Below, one piece after another: positions 6,376-13,545 of a DNA stretch of 15,768 nt. The position numbers and the translations under genes are program-made. Origin of the DNA: Planctomycetales bacterium (GTDB lineage Bacteria > 4484-113); NCBI GenBank assembly GCA_037445915.1, contig JBBIJQ010000020.1, positions 1 through 15,768 of the forward strand, given 5' to 3'. The number at the start of each line of letters is the position of its first letter. Positions within the stretch are counted from its first letter, which is position 1. The notes below the pieces were generated by a model that saw only the letters and a program-made list of their open reading frames with translations, was not told where the DNA came from and searched no databases.

Positions 6376-9375
6376 TTACGGCTGGTAATGTTCAACAATA
6401 GTATCCGGACCGTTCGGCGTCAGGCCGCCAACAATGTAGTAGTCGCCAGCGCCGGTGAAAAAGTCATTCGGAGACACGACGCCAGCCGAGCCGACCCAGC
6501 CGCGCGGAACGAGGCCGGTGGGCGCAAGCGAAATGGAGCCGCCACTTAGGACATCGTAAACCGAGCCGGTGTAGCCTTTCACTGTGCGGCCGGCAAACTG
6601 CTTATACACAAAGCCGCGGGAGTCTTCCTGCCAACCTGCACCAAGCCCAGCGGCAGACTCTGGCGCATTGCCAATTGTCCGCCACGTTCCGGTTGTTGGG
6701 GCGGTAACGCTCGTGAATGTGAACTCATCAATCTGGGAAACGTAGTTTCCGTTGCGGTCAAACCCGCCAAACACCACAATCTTCCACTTTCTATCGGTTA
6801 ACTTGTCGCCAAGGATGACGATCGCCTTGTGGTAAGCGCGCTCAACGGGCATATCAACCACGGGCGAGTAGTCGCCAAACTCAAGCGGAGTGCCTTCCTG
6901 GCGGCGCCCCGGAGGCGAAGACGAGTTGAACAGCCGCATAGTCGCGACGGGAACGCCGCTGTCGTTGATGCCGCCTAAGATGAAGATGTAGTTGAAGCCT
7001 CCCTCCGGCCAAACCGGCGGCGGGGAAATGTTGCCATTATTCTCAATGGTAACTGCTGCATGGCCGTATAAAGGTTCCGGTAGCGGGTTGAGTGGAACCG
7101 CACCCTGCTGGCCACCACCGCCACCATCCATAGGCGGACGCTCGGGCGGCATCGGCGGATTTGGATTCTGGCCTTCCTGCGGTAGCCAATCCCAGTCAAC
7201 CATCATATAGCGGTTAGACCAGATATCAGTCTGGGTATTGACTATCTGCATGATTGGCTCGCCCGACGGATCGTAGACGATGGGGAACTTATCCTCAGTG
7301 CCGTAAGTTTCAGGGTAATACTTCTGGACTACGTCAAGCGGGTTACCCGACCTATCACGGCCTCCAAAGACGAAGATTACTGGAACACCAAGACCTTGCG
7401 GGCCAAGCGTCCAGCCAGCTCCCTGGTCAGGCCAGGTGCGGGCTAGACCACCATCAGCGCCATAGCCGCCGGGGTTGCAGTCCCACTGCTCATGAACCAA
7501 TGCAGCAGCGGCCGAACCGCGCGGTATGAACTGGTCACTCTTCTGAAGAGTGCGGTCTGGTCTCATAAACGCAGGCGGATAAACAGTTCCGCGAGTCGGC
7601 GGGGTTTTTACCGTTGGAGTTGTGCCGACATATGCCCAGGCTAGCCCTTGTAATGCGTTTAGTAGAGTGAAACCGCCATCAGCGTAAGCGTTTCCTGCAG
7701 TGGAGCCAAATCTACCTGTAGGCGTGCGGTCGCTGCCGGTCAAGTTCAAGACCCAGTTGGATTCAAGATGGCCCACGATACCTTGGAATTCGCCGCTCTC
7801 GCTGTAAGTGTCTCCTCCAAAGAAGTAAACAAGCCCGGATGGATGGGCCACCGTGGCTGGGTTAGCTCGGGCAGAGAAACTCGGAAGGCTGCTTATCATG
7901 AGGCCTGCATAAGTGCTCCAGCCGACAGACGGGGAACGTTCTGCCCTGTATAGAGTCGCTGGTTCGCTTTGGCGAGGGGTAATGCGGATGAGGTTGCTCA
8001 CCGCTTGAACCCCGCTGTCGTCTATTGCGACCAAGCGCACAACATAAGGCGCGCCTACTGTCTCGCCAGCGTCTTGGGCGTTGTTGTTGTTCAAGTCAAC
8101 GTACTGCCCGTTGAAAGTTGCGAAAGTGATTACCGGATTGGGAAGCGTAGTGACGTCTGGGACTACTACAGCCTGCGGATCCTTAATCGGCGTCGGGTAC
8201 TGCGGAGGAAGTACGATTACTGGTTCATCAGCAGACGGAAGCAAGTCGGTAAAGACTTCCCAATTGTAGCGGATGGGTTCCTTTCCGCCTTCAACTAGGC
8301 TGTTGAACTGGACGTTGAAGGGCACAGGGCCCGTCGTTGCGTCAGCCTCAATGCTGATGTGGAACGTTGTTTCCTGCCTCACAAACACTGGAACAACGCC
8401 GCTGGTTCCGACAATGCCCTGATTGTCCGTTACCGTCAGCATCGCGTAATAAGTGCCGGTGTTAGAGTAGGTGTGAGTCGCCACCACGGAGGAATTCGCG
8501 GGACGTGAAGCTCCGTCACCGAAATCCCACGCGAAGGTATAAGGCGGCTCACCACCGGAAGCACCGCCGCTGAACACACAGGCCAGTGGAGCCTGCCCGG
8601 AACTGGGGTTCACCGCGGCGTACACAGACAGCGCTGAAGGCGGCATCACGTTGATAGCCACCCGCCAGTCTGACTGGCCGTCGCTGTCAGTGTCGTCCGC
8701 TGTGGATATTCTTACGCCACGGTTGTCAACAACGGTGAGTACCGGGTAAAAGAAGTACTGGCCTGTGCCCGTGCTGGGCCCCGGCTGCTGGTAGATGTAG
8801 ATCGGGTTTTCGCTATTGCTGTCAACAATGCCGTCTCCGTTAAAGTCCCACAGGAACCCATAAGGAGGGCTTCCGCCGGAAACCAGCGCCGTGAACTGCA
8901 CACGCAGGGGCGCGGAGCCGGAGTTGACGGAAGGCTGGAATCGAACCACCAGCGGCTGAGTTCCTGTCCCGCCGCCCCCACCATTGGTAGGAGCGGTAAC
9001 CGTGATACTTTTGGTCACGGTAACCGTCTGCTGGCGCGAATCAGTGATCTTAAGCGTAACGACCCCGCTGTTGTTAAATGTCCAGTAGGGGTCTATCGCA
9101 TTTGAATCGGCAACCGCGTCTCCGTTGAAGTCCCATTCGTAGGAATACGAAGGGTAGCCGCCAAATGCATACGCAGAAAAGCTAACCGTCAGCGGTGATA
9201 CGCCCTGGTCAGGGGTTGCCGTCAATACCACTGAAAACGGTTGTTGGGCAGGAGGCGGGGTGGTCCCGTCACCCTGCGTTGGGGGTTTTGGCGTAGTTCC
9301 GCCACCACCGCCGCAGCTCACAGCAAGAACTGCGAGCACAGCGATGCCCCATAGCCATAGTTTTCTAATCACCAT
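6376..9375 (-). CDS. Large lipoprotein with 4 PKD domains and an insertion-rich Kelch beta-propeller
   Basis: Lipobox LAVS-C followed by GGGGG and a Pro/Thr linker. PKD motifs WDFNGDA, WDFNGDG and WDFGDG, plus G(x)(A/S/V)P(L/F) repeat starts. Kelch motifs VYFFGG, IFVFGG, IFILGG, IVVFGG, YKQFAG and YYIVGG. GAGGT at 9387-9383 lies 7 nt before ATG 9375. Confidence 0.87.
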   Translation of the reverse strand: MVIRKLWLWGIAVLAVLAVSCGGGGGTTPKPPTQGDGTTPPPAQQPFSVVLTATPDQGVSPLTVSFSAYAFGGYPSYSYEWDFNGDAVADSNAIDPYWTFNNSGVVTLKITDSRQQTVTVTKSITVTAPTNGGGGGTGTQPLVVRFQPSVNSGSAPLRVQFTALVSGGSPPYGFLWDFNGDGIVDSNSENPIYIYQQPGPSTGTGQYFFYPVLTVVDNRGVRISTADDTDSDGQSDWRVAINVMPPSALSVYAAVNPSSGQAPLACVFSGGASGGEPPYTFAWDFGDGASRPANSSVVATHTYSNTGTYYAMLTVTDNQGIVGTSGVVPVFVRQETTFHISIEADATTGPVPFNVQFNSLVEGGKEPIRYNWEVFTDLLPSADEPVIVLPPQYPTPIKDPQAVVVPDVTTLPNPVITFATFNGQYVDLNNNNAQDAGETVGAPYVVRLVAIDDSGVQAVSNLIRITPRQSEPATLYRAERSPSVGWSTYAGLMISSLPSFSARANPATVAHPSGLVYFFGGDTYSESGEFQGIVGHLESNWVLNLTGSDRTPTGRFGSTAGNAYADGGFTLLNALQGLAWAYVGTTPTVKTPPTRGTVYPPAFMRPDRTLQKSDQFIPRGSAAAALVHEQWDCNPGGYGADGGLARTWPDQGAGWTLGPQGLGVPVIFVFGGRDRSGNPLDVVQKYYPETYGTEDKFPIVYDPSGEPIMQIVNTQTDIWSNRYMMVDWDWLPQEGQNPNPPMPPERPPMDGGGGGQQGAVPLNPLPEPLYGHAAVTIENNGNISPPPVWPEGGFNYIFILGGINDSGVPVATMRLFNSSSPPGRRQEGTPLEFGDYSPVVDMPVERAYHKAIVILGDKLTDRKWKIVVFGGFDRNGNYVSQIDEFTFTSVTAPTTGTWRTIGNAPESAAGLGAGWQEDSRGFVYKQFAGRTVKGYTGSVYDVLSGGSISLAPTGLVPRGWVGSAGVVSPNDFFTGAGDYYIVGGLTPNGPDTIVEHYQP

Positions 9376-9409
9376 ATCAAACACCTCGGATTTAGAGGCT
9401 TACCGAACT

Positions 9410-9415
9410 ATTATA
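9410..9415 (-). promoter_or_regulatory. Putative sigma70 -10 box for the lipoprotein pair
   Basis: Perfect TATAAT on the minus strand about 35 nt upstream of ATG 9375. The -35 match is weak (TAGTCT at 18 nt spacing). Confidence 0.55.
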
Positions 9416-9434
9416 CCCAGATAAGCCAGGTTTA

Positions 9435-9457
9435 GACTACCCCTATAGGGGATAGCC
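9435..9457. promoter_or_regulatory. Palindrome CCCCTATAGGGG: candidate operator or RNA hairpin
   Basis: Perfect 12-bp palindrome at 9440-9451. On the minus strand it extends to GGCTA(T)CCCC-TATA-GGGG-TAGTC. There is no U-tract, and it abuts the -35 region of the promoter above. Confidence 0.45.
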
Positions 9458-9472
9458 ATAAAATTAGCCTGC

Positions 9473-10039
9473 TTAGTATTCCTTCGCCCTTTCCAGATAG
9501 CTGAAAGTGCGCGTATCCACCTTTATCAAGGTTCCTTCTTCAACGAAGAGGGGAACTTGGACAACTGCTCCGGTCTCCAACGTCGCAGCCTTGGTAGCGG
9601 CAGTAGCCGTATCGCCGCGCACGCCGGGCTCAGTATGCACAACCCGGAGCACCACTGCCGCAGGCAGAACGATACCAAGGATCTCGTCCTCGTATTTCTC
9701 AATGGCGACGACGTCGTTTTCCTTTATCAGTTTTGCCTTGTCTCCTACTGCTTCAGGGGGAACTGTAACTTGGTCGTAATCAGCGTTATCCATAAAAACG
9801 AAATCTACACCCTGCCTGTAAAGGAAGGTCATGTCCCGCCGTTCAATGCGGATGCTCTCCAGCTTTTCCTCGGTGCGCAACGTTGTTTCATGAATAGCCC
9901 CGTTGCGGATATTCTGTAACTTCGCGCGCATGAACGCCGGCCCTTTGCCGGGCTTAACGTGAAGAAACTCAACGACGCGGAAAATGTCGTTACCGCGCTT
10001 GAAGGTCGTTCCGTTCCTGAAATCGTTAGGCGTTATCAT
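9473..10039 (-). CDS. efp: Translation elongation factor P
   Basis: HVKPGKGPAF loop, 'PGVRGDTA' and 'KAATLETGAVVQVPLFV...IKVDTR'. 188 aa. Confidence 0.98.
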   Translation of the reverse strand: MITPNDFRNGTTFKRGNDIFRVVEFLHVKPGKGPAFMRAKLQNIRNGAIHETTLRTEEKLESIRIERRDMTFLYRQGVDFVFMDNADYDQVTVPPEAVGDKAKLIKENDVVAIEKYEDEILGIVLPAAVVLRVVHTEPGVRGDTATAATKAATLETGAVVQVPLFVEEGTLIKVDTRTFSYLERAKEY

Positions 10040-10042
10040 CGG

Positions 10043-11149
10043 TTATTGCACCACTTTTAAATCGGTTGGCAGGGTATTCAGGTTTACCAGCCCCTTGTCA
10101 TCCACAAGGTAAATATCTTCAATGCGAACCCCGCCCTGGCCGGGCAGGTAAATGCCGGGCTCAATGGTAATCACCATTCCCGGCTCCAGCGCGTCAACAC
10201 TTTTGCCGTGTAGGCGGGGGCCTTCATGCACTTCTAGGCCGACGCCGTGCCCAAGCCCGTGCCCAAAGTACTTGCGCTCCTCGCCGTTTTCCTCGTAGGA
10301 ATCAAAGCCTTTGCCCACGATTATGTCGCGGGCGACGCGGTCCACATCGGCACAGCTCATTCCGGGTTTTCCTTGTGCTGCTGCGGCTTCCTTAGCTTCA
10401 AGAACTGCCCGGTAGATATCCTCCCACCCCGGAGAGACACCGCCGAAAAAGACAGTGCGCGTGAAGTCGCTACAGTAATTATCCAGCTTTACGCCAAGGT
10501 CAAACAGCAGCGGCGATGCCGGCACAAGCTTGCGCGCGCCAAAGGACGCGTGGGGCTTGCAGGAGTTTTCGCCAAACGCTACGATAGGCGAAAAGCTTGA
10601 TGCGCGCGCCCCTTTCAAGCGAATGCGATATTCAAATTCTGCGGCGATTTCAGCCTCAGTCACTTCAGGCTTCAAGCACTTCAGCGTTTCAGTGTAAGCC
10701 TCTTCCTTCAACCTGATAGCGCGCCTGATGCACTCTATCTCCTCGGCGTCTTTGATTATGCGCAGGCTTTCAACAATGCCGGAAAGAGGCGACACTTCCA
10801 CCCCGGCGTTTTCCTTTATCTCCTCAACCTGCGCGTATGACAGCGCGGATGCTTCCACTCCAAGTTTCTTGATGCCCGCGAGCGCAGCCAGTTCTGCGAG
10901 CTTGGCCCCGAGGCTTCCCGTGTAGAAAGGGACGAGTTGATACCCGCCTGAAACTTCCTGCCTGAACTGCTCGTAATAGCGGGAGTCGGTGAGGAAAAGC
11001 AGCTCGCTTCCGCTAATCACAACCTGGGCTGTGCTACCGGTGAAGCATGAAAGATAGTGTATGTTTTCATGCTTGCTCACAAGCATCGCGTCAATGCGAA
11101 CCTTGTCGAGAAGCTCTCTCAGCCGCCCAATTCGTCCGGCGAAATCCAT
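10043..11149 (-). CDS. Xaa-Pro aminopeptidase/dipeptidase (M24B family, YqhT/PepP-like)
   Basis: Creatinase-like N-domain (NIHYLSCFTGS, TDSRY). Metal-ligand motifs FDLG, CSDFTRT, GHGLGHGVGLEVHE, TIEPGIY and GVRIED. Adjacency to efp is a commonly seen gene order. Confidence 0.95.
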   Translation of the reverse strand: MDFAGRIGRLRELLDKVRIDAMLVSKHENIHYLSCFTGSTAQVVISGSELLFLTDSRYYEQFRQEVSGGYQLVPFYTGSLGAKLAELAALAGIKKLGVEASALSYAQVEEIKENAGVEVSPLSGIVESLRIIKDAEEIECIRRAIRLKEEAYTETLKCLKPEVTEAEIAAEFEYRIRLKGARASSFSPIVAFGENSCKPHASFGARKLVPASPLLFDLGVKLDNYCSDFTRTVFFGGVSPGWEDIYRAVLEAKEAAAAQGKPGMSCADVDRVARDIIVGKGFDSYEENGEERKYFGHGLGHGVGLEVHEGPRLHGKSVDALEPGMVITIEPGIYLPGQGGVRIEDIYLVDDKGLVNLNTLPTDLKVVQ

Positions 11150-11192
11150 ATAGTCACATCTGTACGGAAAGGCTATGTAGCCTAAACAGCTT

Positions 11193-11222
11193 ATTCTAAC
11201 GGTAACAGCCCTGCGTATGCAA
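11193..11222 (-). promoter_or_regulatory. Putative sigma70 promoter for the peptidase-efp operon
   Basis: TTGCAT (11222-11217), an 18-nt spacer, then TAGAAT (11198-11193), upstream of ATG 11149. Confidence 0.55.
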
Positions 11223-11227
11223 CTAGC

Positions 11228-11943
11228 TGTATGGGTTTATAGCTAGTGTCGCGGTTGAGAGGCGGGCCCGGGACAGGGATGAGAAGCAAGATACAGGGCC
11301 GGCGAGTTCCAGTCAAGAGAGGAATGTGGGCGGTCATGATTGCAGAAATGGAGAAACCGGATAAGGTCGTTGGCGAGAGCAGCATCGGAGAGGGTGTGGT
11401 CATTGGCGCCCAGCATGGTCTCGTCGCGCAGTATGCGGTTAAAGCGTTCCACTTTCCCGTTTTGGTCAGGGCAGTTCACCCAGGCATGAATAAGCGGCAA
11501 TCCAGCGGCCTTGCAGGCTGATTTGAAGTGCCCGGCGAATTCTGAGCCGTTGTCGGTTTGCAGCCCGCGCACTGTGCCTGGGTATGTAATGCGCAGTTCA
11601 TCCAGAAAGGAGGCAGCCTTCGCTTGCGCCTGCACGGCGGGCGTAATGCTGTTCACGCTGCCGCGCCTGGGCCCTGGCCGACGCGCAGCCGTCACTTTCC
11701 CGCGCCCCCTTGCTGCCTGCGTAACGCGCTGTATTGTCCGCCTGCTAACGCCATGCTCCTGCGCCAGCTCGCATATCCTCATGCCCGCCTTAGCCTGCTC
11801 CCATATCCGCCGGTTTCGCGCTGTCAGTGCTTCCACCCGGCTCTGTGTGATACCCTTTCCCGCTGGGGAGTCATCCTTAGGATGGTGTTGTCATCCCTGT
11901 CCTGATGGACTCCCCCCTGCGACACTATCTATGAACTTATTCG
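11228..11943 (-). mobile_element. IS481-family insertion sequence, internally deleted (about 716 bp)
   Basis: Terminal inverted repeats match at 19/25: 11228-11252 TGTATGGGTTTATAGCTAGTGTCGC versus the reverse complement of 11919-11943, CGAATAAGTTCATAGATAGTGTCGC. The left end begins with the canonical TGT and is flanked by ACTAGC (NCTAGN). The element encloses a transposase remnant. Confidence 0.82.
11243..11836 (-). pseudogene. IS481-family DDE transposase remnant with an in-frame internal deletion
   Basis: An N-terminal HTH (ICELAQEHGVSRRTIQR) is joined almost directly to the integrase-core motifs LQTDNGSEF, QNGKVERFNRILRDE and RPHSSL. The first catalytic Asp segment is missing, and the product is only 197 aa. 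Confidence 0.8.
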
Positions 11944-11975
11944 GGGGCTGCAAGCCTAAATCAACGCCAATCAGG

Positions 11976-12485
11976 CTAAAGTCCATAATCCGGCTGGAGG
12001 ATGATCTGATTATTCTTCAAGTCAACCTTGGCTATAGCTATTGATGCAAAGGGTATTAGCTTAGTTTCTCCCCCAAGCGCACCAACTTCTAGAATCTCCT
12101 GGTTAGCTCCGCGAATTACGTTCGTGACTGCTCCCACGCATTGCCCGCTAGCCGTAACAACTTCCAGTCCTTGGAGCTGGAAAAAATAAAACTCGCCATC
12201 GCCAGCATCATCGGGGACTTCTGCAGCCGAGATTTCCAGAAGCCATCCTGCAAGCAGCATCATCTGCTCGCGTTGGGGGATCTCGCGGAATGAAATGAGA
12301 AAGCTGTCGGCCAGCAGCCTTATGCTGCTGGCTGTTAGCGTGAAAATCTCTCCGCTATGAGGGTCTCTGAGAATGTAGTTTTCACGCCTTGAAAGGCGCT
12401 CCGGGTAATCTGTGTGGTACGCGCACTTGCAGCCACCGGCTATGCCGTGGGCTGCGAGCACCCTCCCTACGGTAACTGCGCCCAT
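11976..12485 (-). CDS. rimM: 16S rRNA processing protein RimM
   Basis: 'VGRVLAAHGIAG', 'GEFYFFQLQGLEV', 'GANQEILEV' and 'LIPF...KVDL'. Lies downstream of rpsP-khpA. Confidence 0.93.
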   Translation of the reverse strand: MGAVTVGRVLAAHGIAGGCKCAYHTDYPERLSRRENYILRDPHSGEIFTLTASSIRLLADSFLISFREIPQREQMMLLAGWLLEISAAEVPDDAGDGEFYFFQLQGLEVVTASGQCVGAVTNVIRGANQEILEVGALGGETKLIPFASIAIAKVDLKNNQIILQPDYGL

Positions 12486-12502
12486 CAGGAGTATGCAAGC
12501 GC

Positions 12503-12733
12503 TCAGGTGATTAGCTCGATGGTGACGCGTTTGTTATCCCTGCCGGCGGCGGCGCGGACGATTTGGCGCAGGGAGTTGATTATCCTGCCTTCGCGCCCGA
12601 TCACCTTGCCGGTATCATCGGCATGAACCTTGATTTCAATGATGCACGTGCGCTCGCCTTCAATTTCATTTACTTGGACCGATTCGGGATGGTCCACGAT
12701 GGCCTTTAGTATTTCGGTTACAAGTTCCACCAT
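12503..12733 (-). CDS. khpA: KH-domain RNA-binding protein KhpA (YlqC/UPF0109)
   Basis: 76 aa with 'IVDHPESV' and 'DTGKVIGREGRIINSLR'. Sits between rpsP and rimM. Confidence 0.95.
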   Translation of the reverse strand: MVELVTEILKAIVDHPESVQVNEIEGERTCIIEIKVHADDTGKVIGREGRIINSLRQIVRAAAGRDNKRVTIELIT

Positions 12734-12738
12734 TGAGC

Positions 12739-13032
12739 TTACGCTCCTTCTTGTGGTTTGGGTGCTTTGGGTGGTTTAGCCGTCTTAAGCTGGATGTCGG
12801 AATGCTTGGTTATAAGGCGCGCCACCGTATCCGTGGGCTGTGCCCCAACTGACAGCCAGTAGCGGATGCGGTCTGCCTTAAGGGTAACTGTTTCCGGGTC
12901 GGTAAGCGGGTTGTAGACCCCGACCCATTCCAAGTAAGCTCCCTGGCGGGGCGAGCGTGCTTCTTTGACCACGAGGCGGTAGCATGGTTGCTTGGGTTTG
13001 CCGGTGCGTACTAGCCTAATTTTGAGTGCCAT
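12739..13032 (-). CDS. rpsP: 30S ribosomal protein S16
   Basis: '[22 protein letters not shown]...SPRQG...VGVYNP...[13 protein letters not shown]'. Confidence 0.98.
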   Translation of the reverse strand: MALKIRLVRTGKPKQPCYRLVVKEARSPRQGAYLEWVGVYNPLTDPETVTLKADRIRYWLSVGAQPTDTVARLITKHSDIQLKTAKPPKAPKPQEGA

Positions 13033-13085
13033 AGTTATTAAATACCAGAATCCTCTGTCCTACGCGATTCAGCGCGCGGGCTGTT

Positions 13086-13113
13086 ATTATACGCTAACAA
13101 GGCGGCTTGTAAA
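13086..13113 (-). promoter_or_regulatory. Putative sigma70 promoter for rpsP-khpA-rimM
   Basis: TTTACA (13113-13108), a 16-nt spacer, then TATAAT (13091-13086). Confidence 0.65.
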
Positions 13114-13132
13114 GCACTTTTCATTAAAGCCC

Positions 13133-13162
13133 TTGAAAGGCTACTGCGGATTGTGGTATAAG
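13133..13162 (+). promoter_or_regulatory. Putative sigma70 promoter for rpsF-rpsR-rplI
   Basis: TTGAAA (13133-13138), an 18-nt spacer, then TATAAG (13157-13162), with an extended -10 TGTG-G immediately upstream. Confidence 0.55.
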
Positions 13163-13197
13163 GGACGTTCGCACTATCTCGTGCTTGGAGAATCCTT

Positions 13198-13545
13198 TTG
13201 GCTGAAGAGAAACTGAAGCTATACGAAACTATCGCACTTTACCACCCGGAATTGAGCGAAGAGGGCTTGGACGAGCGCGCCGCTAAGGTCGGCAGCATTG
13301 TCTCGGAACACGGCGGGAAGGTATCGTCCATAAACAAGTGGAAGAAACGCCGCCTCGCGTACCCGGTAAAGAAGCAGGCCGAAGGCTACTTCATCGTCAT
13401 CCGTTTCACGGCTGACAAGAAAGCCCTGCCCGATCTGGACTATGTCATGCGCTACGACGACCGCTGTTTGCGTTACCTTACGCTGGACATAACAAATTTT
13501 CCGGGGATGCTCCGCACCTCTAAGAAGAAAGTGGAGGCCAAATAA
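13198..13545 (+). CDS. rpsF: 30S ribosomal protein S6
   Basis: '[14 protein letters not shown]', '[18 protein letters not shown]' and 'CLRYL'. TTG start with GGAG at 13187-13190. Confidence 0.96.
   Translation: MAEEKLKLYETIALYHPELSEEGLDERAAKVGSIVSEHGGKVSSINKWKKRRLAYPVKKQAEGYFIVIRFTADKKALPDLDYVMRYDDRCLRYLTLDITNFPGMLRTSKKKVEAK

Noticed and set aside
3545-9375. Galactose oxidase or NanM assignment for the Kelch proteins
   Set aside because: No recognisable copper-radical ligand set or C-terminal oxidase domain, and the Kelch fold alone does not give a function.
11170-11183. Inverted repeat AGGCTA-TG-TAGCCT in the peptidase leader
   Set aside because: A 6-bp arm with a 2-nt loop, matching no operator I recognise. 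Too weak to call.
11191-12044. Alternative ORFs in and around the IS (11191-11403, 11246-11521, 11511-12044, 11558-11905)
   Set aside because: Off-frame or antisense to the transposase remnant, with no motifs. They do not supply the missing catalytic segment.
13160-13198. Possible S6:S18-binding rpsF leader RNA
   Set aside because: A weak hairpin can be drawn, but the conserved CCG motif is not evident and its 5' arm overlaps the predicted -10 box.
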